64,000 nt of DNA from an uncultured Alphaproteobacteria bacterium (GTDB lineage: Bacteria > Pseudomonadota > Alphaproteobacteria > Rhizobiales > Kaistiaceae): positions 32,828 to 96,827 of the forward strand of contig CAWAIR010000036.1 of NCBI GenBank assembly GCA_963782045.1, in the 5' to 3' direction. The stretch's first letter is position 1. Every line of letters starts with the position of its first letter. Below are positions 51,673 to 62,868 of the stretch, in pieces. Under the pieces are notes generated by a model, which was not told the origin of the DNA, did not search any database, and saw nothing but the letters and a program-made list of their open reading frames with translations. Position numbers and translations under genes: made by a program.

Positions 51673-52713
51673 TCAGCGGCCGGAGCGGGCGGAGAAGCCG
51701 GTCACCCGCAACGGATTGTCGGTCACCGCGATACGGTCCGGCGCGTCGATGCGCGCCTCGTTGAGGAAGGTATCGAGATAGGCCTCGAAGCCATGCCGGT
51801 CGAACCCGCCGCCGGCGGTCACGGTGAAGCGCGTCGCGGCAACCGCCGCCGGCGCAGGGACGAGGCGCGGTGGCAGGAAGAACGCGCCGATGCCCTCGAC
51901 CACGGCGCTCTCGCCCTCCGCAACCGCCACGACGCCCCGCAGGCGAATGAGGTTCGGCCCCTGCAAGGCAGTCAGGTAATCGAGGAAGCGGTCGAGGGCG
52001 CCAAGCGGCATCGACCGCTCCCGCGCGACGGTGAAGACGGCAAGCGCGTGTGCCCCGCCCGTCACGCCGGCAGGGCCGAGCCACTGCGCCATGTTTCCGG
52101 TGGCCGGGTCGAACGGCCCATGGCCGGCGAAAACCGTGGGCTCCGCCGTGCCGGCGTCGACGATCCGCCCAAGCGGATTGAGACGGGCGAGTTGGCCGAC
52201 AATTCCGGCGAAGTCGCCCACCGTCTTCGACACGGCGATGACGTCGGCCATCGCCAATTGCCGCGCCGCCTGAGGATCGAGCGCCGCCACCGCGTCGGCT
52301 GCGACGACGGTGACGATGCCGTCCGGCAGGAAGCGCAGCGGCAGGTAGGGATGCATGCCGATGCCGGCGAGGATGGCGGAGGGATCCGCCTCGGCATTGG
52401 CCTCGATGACCACCCGGCGGAGCGCCGCGATGCGGCCGTTGTCGAGATCGCGCAGCAGGTTTTCCAGCGCATCGATGAGTTCGCCGCGCACCGCGCAGCA
52501 CACGCAGCCGCCGGAAAGCGCAACGATGCCGTCCCCGGCGCGCTCGGCCAGCGCCCCGGCGAGACCGACCTCGCCGAACTCGTTGAGGATGACGGCAGTG
52601 CCGGCGAAGGCCGGATCGGCGAGCGCCCGGTTGATCAGCGTCGTCTTGCCGGCCCCCAGCGGACCGGCAACGACGGTCAGCGGGATCGGCGGCTTGCGTG
52701 CGCGCGCGGCCAC
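51673..52713 (-). CDS. COG0523/CobW-family G3E GTPase (metallochaperone-like)
   Basis: Probable GTG at 52713, 11 nt after the upstream stop. Walker A GPLGAGKTTL, metal motif GGCVCCAVRGEL, and a C-terminal CobW_C-like domain. Confidence 0.8.
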   Translation of the reverse strand: MAARARKPPIPLTVVAGPLGAGKTTLINRALADPAFAGTAVILNEFGEVGLAGALAERAGDGIVALSGGCVCCAVRGELIDALENLLRDLDNGRIAALRRVVIEANAEADPSAILAGIGMHPYLPLRFLPDGIVTVVAADAVAALDPQAARQLAMADVIAVSKTVGDFAGIVGQLARLNPLGRIVDAGTAEPTVFAGHGPFDPATGNMAQWLGPAGVTGGAHALAVFTVARERSMPLGALDRFLDYLTALQGPNLIRLRGVVAVAEGESAVVEGIGAFFLPPRLVPAPAAVAATRFTVTAGGGFDRHGFEAYLDTFLNEARIDAPDRIAVTDNPLRVTGFSARSGR

Positions 52714-52723
52714 GACGCCAACC

Positions 52724-53908
52724 TCAGTGCATCTTCGTGAGATCGAGCGGCGGCTTGATGACGAGAGCGGTCGGCGACGAGGGCGACGGCTGCTCGGTGT
52801 AGGCCGGCGGCGGGTTGCCGGCGAAGCTTGGTCGCGGACGCGGCAGCGGCACGGTGCTCGCCGGCGTCCGCGCCGCCGCATTGCCGGCGGCCACGTCGGC
52901 CCGGCCGGTGTAGACCGGAACCGGCGCCATCACCGCAAAACGCGCATCGAGCGCAGAGAGCGAGCCGGCGCTGACCAGCAGCGGGTCCTGATCCTCGGGG
53001 ATGCCACCCAGCTTGCACACCTTGTCGTCGAGGTTGGCGACCGGGGTGGTCGACGGCACCGCCTCGAAGCTCGCCAGCGCCGGGTGCTGGGTCCCGCCAT
53101 AGGCATTGGCGAAGCCCCGGTTCAGCAGGAGGGCGGCGGTTTCCGCCCGGTTCTTGGCCGAACTCGCGCCGAGCACGACGACCATCATCTGCCGGCCGGA
53201 CCGGCTGGCCATGCCCACGATGTTGTAGCCGGCCGCGCAGACGAAGCCGGTCTTCATTCCGTTGGCGCCATGATAGCGCTCGAGCAGCACGTTCTCCGAC
53301 TTGAGGATGTGCTTGCCGGCGCGGATCGCGGGGATGCGGAACAGCTCGCGATACTGCGGGAAGTTCAGCCACAGCGCCCGCGCCAGCACGGCCAGGTCGC
53401 GCGCCGTGGTGATCTGCCCGGCATCGGGCAATCCGTTGGGATTGTCGTAGTGGGTCGATACCATGCCGAGCTGCCGCGCCTCGGCATTCATCATTGCGAC
53501 GAAGCCGGCCTCGCTGCCGCCCACCGTTTCGGCGAGCGCCATGGCGACGTCGTTGGCCGACTTCACCAGCAGCATCTTGAGCGCATTGTCGACATTGACG
53601 ACCGTGCCGGGCTTGTAACCCATCTTCGCCGGCGCCTGGGTCGCCGCCTTGGCGGAGATCTTCACCGGCGAGGTCGGCGTCAGCGTCCCTGCCCTGAGCG
53701 CCTTGAAGGTGAGGTAGGCGGTCATCAGCTTGGTGAGCGACGCCGGCTGCCAGCGGTGGTTCGAATCGCGCGAATCGAGCACCGTGCCGCTGCCGACGTC
53801 GACCAGGACGTACGACGAGGTCTCGGCCGCGCGCACCGGTCCGGCGAGCAGCACCACCATCAGGGCAAGCAAACGGATCGTCAGACGCAAAGCCTGGCCT
53901 CGAACCAT
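52724..53908 (-). CDS. D-alanyl-D-alanine carboxypeptidase (S11, PBP5/6-like)
   Basis: Signal peptide. SxxK (ASLTKLM), SxN (KSANDVA) and KTG (GMKTGF) motifs. Pro-rich C-terminal tail. Confidence 0.9.
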   Translation of the reverse strand: MVRGQALRLTIRLLALMVVLLAGPVRAAETSSYVLVDVGSGTVLDSRDSNHRWQPASLTKLMTAYLTFKALRAGTLTPTSPVKISAKAATQAPAKMGYKPGTVVNVDNALKMLLVKSANDVAMALAETVGGSEAGFVAMMNAEARQLGMVSTHYDNPNGLPDAGQITTARDLAVLARALWLNFPQYRELFRIPAIRAGKHILKSENVLLERYHGANGMKTGFVCAAGYNIVGMASRSGRQMMVVVLGASSAKNRAETAALLLNRGFANAYGGTQHPALASFEAVPSTTPVANLDDKVCKLGGIPEDQDPLLVSAGSLSALDARFAVMAPVPVYTGRADVAAGNAAARTPASTVPLPRPRPSFAGNPPPAYTEQPSPSSPTALVIKPPLDLTKMH

Positions 53909-54048
53909 GTTGGGCGGCGGCGGCCGCGCACGAAATCGGCATCGTCCATCATCCTCCTAGCCGATTTCCCGGTTGCTTGGCAAAGCGCCCGCGATGCTTT
54001 TTTTGCGGTCGTTTGCCGGGAAAAACGGCAAAGGCCTGTCGGCGCTCG

Positions 54049-54083
54049 CCAATTCCGGGGCGCCGGCGGCCGCCCGGAATTGG
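54049..54083. repeat. perfect 11-bp-arm inverted repeat in the dacC-ureD divergent intergenic region
   Basis: CCAATTCCGGG (54049-54059), a 13-nt GC-rich spacer, then CCCGGAATTGG (54073-54083). A second smaller inverted repeat, TTTGCCG/CGGCAAA, lies at 54012-54032. Confidence 0.8.
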
Positions 54084-54096
54084 CGCCAAGTTTGCA
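54081..54096 (+). promoter_or_regulatory. sigma54 (-24/-12) promoter candidate upstream of ureD
   Basis: TGGCGC-caagt-TTGCA matches TGGCAC-N5-TTGCA at 10/11 defined positions with correct GG-N10-GC spacing. It overlaps the right arm of the palindrome. Confidence 0.35.
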
Positions 54097-54112
54097 CGGA
54101 GAGGCGCCATGG

Positions 54113-55015
54113 ATGCCCGCCCTTGCAACCTCCCCCGCCGCCGCCAATGATCCGCCGATGACTGCCCTTGAGCCCGCCCTCGAAACCGAGCGACCTTCCC
54201 GCCCGCCCGCGGTACTGGAGCGGGCGCTGGGGATCGCCCGGCTGGCGGTCCACGCCACGGACGGGGTGACGCGGCTTGCCGAAAATTACCAGTCCGGCTC
54301 GGCCAAGATCCGCTTTCCCCGCCCCACCACCGGCGAGCCCTTCCCGGCGGTCTTCATCAACACCGCCGGCGGCATCACCGGCGGTGACCGCTTCGCCTGG
54401 CGGGCGGCCGTCGGGGCGGAGGCGGGCGCCACCGTCTCTTCCCAGGCGGCCGAGCGCATCTATCGCCGCAGCAGCGGCGACGCCACGATCGCCACCGTGC
54501 TGACGGTGGCCGACGGCGGCACGCTCGACTGGCTGCCCCAGGAGACCATCCTCTTCGACCGCTCGTCGCTGAAGCGCACGCTCACCGTCGACGTGGCGCC
54601 GTCGGCCCGCCTGCTTGCCGTCGAATCGATCGTGCTCGGCCGCGCCGCCATGGGCGAGGTTGCCCGCGACGTGACCGTCCGCGATTCCTGGCGTATCCGC
54701 CGCGGCGGCCGCCTCGTCTTCGCCGACGGGCTGCGCCTCGACGGCGACACCACCGCGACGCTTTCCGGCACCGCCACCGGACGGGACGCACGGGCGCTGG
54801 CCACCGTCGTGCTGGTCGCGCCCGAGGCGGAAAGCGCCATCGACCGCGCCCGGGCTGCCCTGATAGAAAGTGCCGGTGAGGCGGGGGTGAGCGCCTGGAA
54901 CGGCATGCTGGTCGCCCGCCTGATCGCAGGCGACGGACAGGGGCTGCGCGCCGACGTCATCCGCCTGATCGAAACCCTGCGCGGCTTGCCCATGCCGCGC
55001 GTCTGGAACTGCTGA
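54113..55015 (+). CDS. ureD: urease accessory protein UreD
   Basis: ATG at 54113 (alternative 54158). FINTAGGITGGDR and DWLPQETILF are UreD motifs. This is the C-terminal part of a long spurious ORF (52355..55015). Confidence 0.85.
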   Translation: MPALATSPAAANDPPMTALEPALETERPSRPPAVLERALGIARLAVHATDGVTRLAENYQSGSAKIRFPRPTTGEPFPAVFINTAGGITGGDRFAWRAAVGAEAGATVSSQAAERIYRRSSGDATIATVLTVADGGTLDWLPQETILFDRSSLKRTLTVDVAPSARLLAVESIVLGRAAMGEVARDVTVRDSWRIRRGGRLVFADGLRLDGDTTATLSGTATGRDARALATVVLVAPEAESAIDRARAALIESAGEAGVSAWNGMLVARLIAGDGQGLRADVIRLIETLRGLPMPRVWNC

Positions 55016-55033
55016 GGGAGGCTGTGAGCGCCC

Positions 55034-55336
55034 ATGAACCTGACGCCGCGTGAGAAGGACAAACTGCTCGTCGCCATGGCCGCCAATGTCGCGCGCCGCC
55101 GGCTGGAGCGGGGCGTCAAGCTCAACCATCCGGAGGCGGTGGCGCTGATCACCGATTTCGTCGTCGAGGGCGCCCGCGACGGCCGCCCGGTCGCCGAGCT
55201 GATGGAGGCCGGCGCCCACGTCGTCGGCCGCGCCCAGGTCATGGACGGCATCGCCGAGATGATCCACGACGTCCAGGTCGAGGCGACCTTCCCCGACGGC
55301 ACCAAGCTGGTGACCGTCCACCATCCCATCCGCTGA
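55034..55336 (+). CDS. ureA: urease subunit gamma
   Basis: [39 protein letters not shown]..., 100 aa. Confidence 0.97.
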
Positions 55337-55346
55337 GGTCTTGCAG

Positions 55347-55652
55347 ATGATCCCCGGAGAAATCATCCCCGCCGACGGCGAGATCGAGCTCAACGCCGGT
55401 CAGCCGACGATCACCGTCGAGGTCGCCAATACCGGCGACCGGCCGGTCCAGGTCGGCTCGCATTATCACTTCTACGAGACCAATTCGGCGCTCTCCTTCG
55501 ACCGCGACAAGGCGCGGGGCTTCCGGCTCGACATTCCGGCCGGCACCGCCGTCCGCTTCGAGCCCGGCCAGACGCGCACCGTGACGCTAGTGCCCTACCG
55601 CGGCGAGCGGCTGGTCTTCGGCTTCAACCAGAAGGTCATGGGCAAGCTGTGA
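55347..55652 (+). CDS. ureB: urease subunit beta
   Basis: ATG at 55347. [18 protein letters not shown]...[13 protein letters not shown]. Confidence 0.95.
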
Positions 55653-55681
55653 GCCGCCCCGCCGCCCTTCGCCGACCAGCT

Positions 55682-56032
55682 TCAGTACGGCGGCGGTTCG
55701 CCTTCGTAGAGATAGACGGTGTAGCCCTCGATGCGCGCGGCATAGACCGACTTCAGGTCGAAGCTCCACACCCTGTGATTGATCGCCTCGACCAGAGCGG
55801 GGTTCTCCGCGATGGCCATCTGCAGCGGGGTGAGCGGCAGGCGGCTGACATGCGCCCGCTTGCCCCAGATCAGGCGGTCGCTCTGCGTGCCGTCGATCAC
55901 CACCAGCCGGTCGACGGTGCGCAGGGTTCTGAGCTGGCGGATCGCCAGCTCGTCGCCCGAACCGGCATGGGCCGGCACTACCGCCAGCAGAGAAAGCCCC
56001 AGAGCGGCCATCGCCGCGTGCCATCTCGTCAT
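55682..56032 (-). CDS. hypothetical secreted protein, opposite strand between ureB and ureC
   Basis: ATG at 56032 after AAGGGA. Signal peptide MTRWHAAMAALGLSLLAVVPAHA. No family recognised. Confidence 0.5.
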   Translation of the reverse strand: MTRWHAAMAALGLSLLAVVPAHAGSGDELAIRQLRTLRTVDRLVVIDGTQSDRLIWGKRAHVSRLPLTPLQMAIAENPALVEAINHRVWSFDLKSVYAARIEGYTVYLYEGEPPPY

Positions 56033-56147
56033 GGTGAATCCCTTCGCGTGCTTCATCGTTTCACCAATCATAACGCATCCGCAGGAACTCCGCGCCGCTC
56101 CGATTGCGCCGCATGGTTCCGCTGCGAGCCGCAGGAAAGGCTAAGCC

Positions 56148-57854
<1,707 letters not shown>

Positions 57855-57858
<4 letters not shown>

Positions 57859-58328
57859 TCGTCCGCCCGGCCAGCGAAACCGACATCCCGCGCTCTGCCG
57901 CCTGATGCAGCATGTCCAGGACCTGCATGCCGCAACGCATCCCGAAGTTTTTCGCAAGACCCTCGACCCTGAGCTACGGCCGCGTTTTTCGCCGACATCC
58001 TGACGAAGGACCACAACATCGTGCTCGTTGGCGAAGTAGCGGGCGACCTTGCCGGCTACCTGTGGTGCCAGGACCATCCGACTCGATCAGTCGTTCTATC
58101 GAGAGCCGGCGCATATCGGATACATCAACCACGTCTCCGTCGCGCCGGACCAACGTCGCAACGGTATCGGCAAGGCTTTGGTCGAGGAGGCGGCGGCAAT
58201 CCTGAAGCAGCGTGGCGCAACGCGCGTCGGCGTCGACTTCTGGACGTTCAACGACCGCTGCCCGCGCCTTCTTCACCGGCCTCGGCTTCGCCGTTCAGCG
58301 CGAAGTCGCATCGCGGACGCTCGCATGA
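57855..58328 (+). pseudogene. GNAT family N-acetyltransferase, four frame breaks
   Basis: TTG at 57855 overlaps the ureC stop. Five collinear pieces lie in different frames:
- IVRPASETDIP
- LCRLMQHVQDLHAATHPEVFRKTLDPE
- TAAFFADILTKDHNIVLVGEVAGDLAGYLWCQDHPT
- QSFYREPAHIGYINHVSVAPDQRRNGIGKALVEEAAAILKQRGATRVGVDFWTFNDR
- ARAFFTGLGFAVQREVASRTLA*

The breaks are near 57890, 57973, 58078-58090 and 58259. Confidence 0.75.
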
Positions 58329-58872
58329 CCGCGCCACGCCTCGCCTTCTGGCTGCTCTTCGCCGCAACGCTTGGCGTCTACGCCACCATGCTCGGCTGGA
58401 CGCTGCCGGCGATCAGTGCCGCGGCCGGCGGCCTTCCCGCCTTCGACATGCGGCCCGGCGGCTATTCCTTCGACGAGGCGAAAGCCTTCCTCGCCGCCCT
58501 CTCGCCGGAGGGGAAGGCGCTCTATCTGGATGTCCAGCACAAGCTCGATACCGCCTATCCGGGCCTGCTTGCAGCGACCCTGTTCTTCGCCATTGCGCGC
58601 TGGCGCCGAAAGTCCTGGGGGATCTGGCGCTGGCTACTGGCGGCTAATCGCCATTCCCACTGCGCTTTTCGACTACCTCGAGAATGCCGCCGTCACCGTC
58701 ATGCTGACCTCGGGCGCCGAACGGCCTGACCTCGGATATGGCGGCGACCGCCAGCCGCTGGACGACGATGAAAGCGGTCGACGTCCACCATTGCCATGAC
58801 GCTCTTGCTGCTTCTACTGATGGCCTGGGGGTGGCGAACGGTTGCCGCCCGCCTCACAGGCGGACTGCGTGA
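58325..58872 (+). pseudogene. hypothetical membrane protein (LFDYLEN motif), at least three frame breaks; 3' end uncertain
   Basis: ATG at 58325 overlaps the GNAT stop. Four collinear pieces:
- MTAPRLAFWLLFAATLGVYA...LFFAIARWRRKSWGIWRWLLAA
- IAIPTALFDYLENAAVTVMLTSGAE
- LTSDMAATASRWTTMKA
- STSTIAMTLLLLLLMAWGW...

The breaks are near 58646, 58724 and 58776. Confidence 0.45.
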
Positions 58873-58886
58873 GGCGCGCTCGCCCT

Positions 58887-59589
58887 TCAGCCCTGCGCCG
58901 CCAGCCAGTCCGGCAGGTCGCGGATCGAATCGAGGACCGCGTCGGCGAACGGCGCCAGGTCGGCCGCCGCGCTGTTGCCGGAGAGCACGCCGATCGCGGC
59001 CCCGGCCCCGGCCGAACGGGCCATGACGAGGTCATACGGATTGTCGCCCACCATCACGACCTCCGCCGGCGTCAGCCCGGTCGTTGCCGCGAAGGCGAGC
59101 ACCATGTCGGGCGCCGGCTTCGGGTGGGCGACCGCGTCGTAGCCCAGCACCGTGGCAAAGAAATCGCCGAGGCCGATCGCGCTCAGCGCCTCGGACGACG
59201 GCCCGGTGCGGTCGTTGGTGGCAACCCCCATGACGTGGCCACGCCAACGGAGTTGGCCAGCGTTTCGGCAACGCCCGGAAGCGCCACCGAATGGGCGATC
59301 CCGCCGACGCGGAAGGTTTCCTCGACCCGCACCACGATCGCCGCCAGCGCATCGCCGTCGAGCGTCGGATACCACAGCCGGGCGACATCGACGGAGGTGC
59401 CGGCGGCGATGGTCGAACCGGCGCGAAAGCGGCCGGTTTCCGGGTCGAAATCCGCCGCGGACCAGCATCGCCTCGGCCGTCGCCTCATCGCCATGCGCCA
59501 GTTCGCGGGCAAACGTCATGCAACACCGGCAGCCACGTCGCCTCGAAATCGAGCAGCGTGCCGTCCTTGTCGAAGAGAATGCCGCGCAT
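58887..59589 (-). pseudogene. HAD-superfamily hydrolase (phosphoglycolate-phosphatase-like), three frame breaks
   Basis: ATG at 59589. Four collinear pieces:
- MRGILFDKDGTLLDFEATWLPVL
- MTFARELAHGDEATAEAMLVRGG
- FDPETGRFRAGSTIAAGT...ALPGVAETLA
- QLRWRGHVMGVATNDRTGP...VMVGDNPYDLVMARSAGA...

The breaks are near 59520, the AAA run at 59448-59450, and 59255-59259. Confidence 0.8.
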
Positions 59590-59660
59590 GATCTGGCCGT
59601 TTGCCGATGTGAACATCCGGTGGTATCGCGGCTTGACCCCATAAGCCATATGGTCCGCCA

Positions 59661-60170
59661 ATGATACGCGCCACCCACATCCATCCCGCCGGGCAATGGT
59701 CGGACGAGCCGGCCGACCGCATCGTGCTCGACTACGACCAGCGCCACCGCCGCCGCATGGCAATGACCACCGCCGGCGGGCTGGAGTTCCTGCTCGACCT
59801 CTCCCAGGCCGTGCCACTCAGGAACGGCGACGCCCTGGTGCTGGAGGACGGGCGCATCGTCGCAGTCGAGGCCGAGCCGGAGCCGCTCGCCGAGATCGCC
59901 ACGCCGACGCCGGCCGAGCTGCTCCGCGTCGCCTGGCACCTCGGCAACCGCCACCTGCCGACCCAGCTCCTCGGCGATCGCCTGCGCATCCGCTGCGATC
60001 CGGTCATCGAGGACATGGTCGACCATCTCGGCGCGACGGTGGCGCACGTCGTCGCCCCGTTCGATCCCGAGGGCGGCGCCTATGTCCACGGCCACCACGA
60101 CCACAAGGACGATCAGGCGCACGACGAGGCCGCCTCCGCCCTAGAGCACGACGACCGGCTGGATGGCTGA
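59661..60170 (+). CDS. ureE: urease accessory protein UreE (His-rich tail)
   Basis: 169-aa ORF with [16 protein letters not shown] and a C-terminal [14 protein letters not shown]. Confidence 0.9.
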
Positions 60171-60921
60171 CGGCGTGGCCAGGGCGCTGGAGCCCGACGT
60201 ATCTGCGCCTGCCACGGAAACGGCGAGCAGCGCCCTGCCCGCCGATGCGCTGCGCAAGCTGCTCGCCTGGCTGTCGCCCGCCTTCCCGGTCGGCGGCTAC
60301 TCCTACAGCCACGGCCTCGAATGGGCGATCGAGGACGGCAGCGTCACCGACGCGGCGACCCTTTCCGCCTGGCTCACCGACATCCTGGTCAGCGGCGCCG
60401 GCCACAACGACGCGATCCTTTTCCGCGAAGCCTGGCGCGCCGCCGCTACCGGCGATGCCGGCCGCCTCGCCGCCGTGGCGGAACTCGGCGCCGCCTTCCA
60501 GCCCTCGCGCGAGCGGCACCTCGAATCGACCGCCCAGGGCCGCGCCTTCCTCACCGCTGTCATGGCCGCATGGCCGTGCGACCGGCTGACCGGGCTCGCC
60601 GCGGCACTGGTCCCCGCGGACGCCCTGCCCTACCCGGTCGCCGTGGCCCTGTGCGCGGCCGCCCACGATATCCCGGCCGAGCCGGCGCTCGCCGCGCTCA
60701 TCAACGGCTTCGTCGCCAACGTGGTCTCGGCCGGCGTGCGCGCCATTCCCATCGGCCAGACCGACGGTCAGAAGATCATCGCCGGGCTCGGCCCCGCGAT
60801 CGACGCGGTCATCTCCGCGACGGCGACCGCCTCGCCCGACGATCTCGGTGGCGCGGCGCTCCGCGCCGACATCGCCTCGATGAAGCACGAAACCCAGTAC
60901 ACGAGGTTGTTCCGCTCATGA
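60163..60921 (+). CDS. ureF: urease accessory protein UreF
   Basis: 252-aa ORF with [25 protein letters not shown] and [13 protein letters not shown]. Confidence 0.9.
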
Positions 60922-61551
60922 CGTCTCCCAACGGACCTCTGAGAGTCGGCATCGGCGGGCCGGTCGGCTCCGGCAAGACCGCGCTCATGGATGCGCTCTG
61001 CAAGCGGTTGCGCGACCGCTACGACATCGCCGCGATCACCAACGACATCTACACCAAGGAAGACGCCGAGTTTCTCACCCGCTCCGGCGCGCTCGCGCCC
61101 GATCGCATCCTCGGCGTGGAGACCGGCGGCTGCCCGCATACCGCCATCCGCGAGGACGCCTCGATCAATCTCGCCGGCGATCGCCGATCTCAACGCCCGC
61201 TTTCCGGCGCTGGACGTGGTGCTGATCGAATCGGGCGGCGACAACCTCGCTGCGACCTTCTCGCCCGAGCTCGCCGACATCACGGTCTACGTCATCGACG
61301 TCGCCGCCGGCGACAAGATCCCGCGCAAGGGCGGCCCCGGCATCACCCGTTCCGACCTCCTGGTCATCAACAAGATCGACCTCGCGCCGATGGTCGGCGC
61401 CTCGCTCGAGGTCATGGACCGCGATGCGAAGAAGATGCGCAGGGCCCGGCCGCTCGTCTTCACCAACATGCGCGACGGCACCGGCCTGGAAGCCGTGGTC
61501 GCCTTCATCGAGAAGGCCGGCGGCCTCGCCGCCACGGCGCCGGCGGCCTGA
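60918..61551 (+). pseudogene. ureG: urease accessory GTPase UreG, frame broken by one extra G
   Basis: ATG at 60918 overlaps the ureF stop. [10 protein letters not shown]...[19 protein letters not shown], then the conserved continuation [34 protein letters not shown]...[10 protein letters not shown] is in the +1 frame (ORF 60991..61551). The break is at GG 61176-61177. Confidence 0.9.
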
Positions 61552-61617
61552 GCCGCCGCGCACTCGCGCTGCACTGCACAATCGGTCTATAGTCCGGCCC
61601 GTCCAAGGAGCCCGGCA

Positions 61618-62786
61618 ATGCCGATCGTCAATCGTTTCGCCGATTTTCACGCAGATATCGTCGCCTGGCGGCACGATCTCCACGAGCACCCGGAACTGCT
61701 CTACGACGTTCACCGCACGGCGGCGACGGTGGCCGAGCGCCTGCGCGAATTCGGTGTCGACGAGGTGACGACCGGCATCGGCCGCACCGGCGTCGTCGGC
61801 GTCATCCGCGGGCGCAAGACCGACAGCGGCCGCATGATCGGGCTCCGCGCCGACATGGATGCGCTGCCCATCGCCGAGAAGACCGGCAAGCCCTACGCCT
61901 CGACGGTCCCCGGCAAGATGCACGCCTGCGGCCACGACGGCCACACCGCCATGCTGCTCGGCGCTGCCCGCTACCTCGCCGAGACGCGCAACTTCGACGG
62001 CACCGCGATCGTCATCTTCCAGCCGGCCGAGGAAGGCGGCGGCGGCGGCAAGGCGATGATCGAGGACGGCCTCATCGACCGCTGGGCGATCCAGGAGGTC
62101 TACGGCATGCACAACCTGCCGGGCCTCCCCGTCGGCACCTTCGGCATGCGTCCCGGTCCGATCATGGCCTCGACCGACGAGTTCACCATCACCATCACCG
62201 GCCGCGACGGCCACGCCGCCCGGCCGCACATGACCGTCGACCCGATCGTCGTCGGCGCCGCGCTGGTCAATGCCTTGCAGACCATCGTCTCGCGCAACGT
62301 CGACCCGCTCGACGCCGCCGTCGTGTCCGTGACCCGCTTCCACGCCGGCACCGCCTACAACGTCATTCCCGAGACCGCCGAGATCGCCGGCACCGTCCGC
62401 TGCCTGTCAGGCGCGGTGCGCGATCTCGCCGAGAAGCGCATCGGCGCCATCGCCGACAGCCATCGCCGCCGCCCACGGCGCCCGCGCCAGCCTGTTCTAC
62501 GACCGCAACTATCCGGTCACCCGCAACGACCCCGCCGCCGTCGACTTCGCCGCTGGCATCGCCGGCCGAGGTCGCCGGCGCCGCCAACGTCGCCACCGAC
62601 GCGCCGCCGATGCTCGCCGGCGAGGATTTCGCCTACATGCTCGAACAGCGCCCGGGCGCCTACATCTTCATCGGCAACGGCGACAGCGCCGGACTGCACA
62701 ATGCCGGCTACGATTTCAACGACGAGATCATCCCGCTCGGCTGCTCCTACTGGGCGCGGCTGGTGGAAACGGCGATGCCGGCATGA
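61618..62786 (+). pseudogene. M20/M25/M40 amidohydrolase (hippurate hydrolase / N-acyl-amino-acid amidohydrolase type), two frame breaks
   Basis: ATG at 61618. This ORF is missing from the ORF track because that frame has no stop before the window end. WRHDLHEHPEL, LRADMDALP, MHACGHDGH and QPAEEGGGG motifs. After ...RIGAIAD the sequence continues as IAAAHGARASLFYDRNYPVTRND in the +1 frame. It shifts again to AEVAGAANV...GEDFAYML...GLHNAGYDFNDE...* and stops at 62786. The breaks are near 62455-62461 and 62564-62565. Confidence 0.85.
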
Positions 62787-62868
62787 GGCAGCGCGTTTTC
62801 GGGGTCGCAATTCCGCCGGCCTTCGGCCTAGAGTGCGCCGCGAAATCGCAGGAACCAGGAAACGAAGC

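Noticed and set aside
52355-55015. 886-aa plus-strand ORF spanning the COG0523 and carboxypeptidase loci
   Set aside because: Only the last ~300 codons (ureD) look like protein. The rest is the antisense shadow of two well-supported minus-strand genes in GC-rich DNA.
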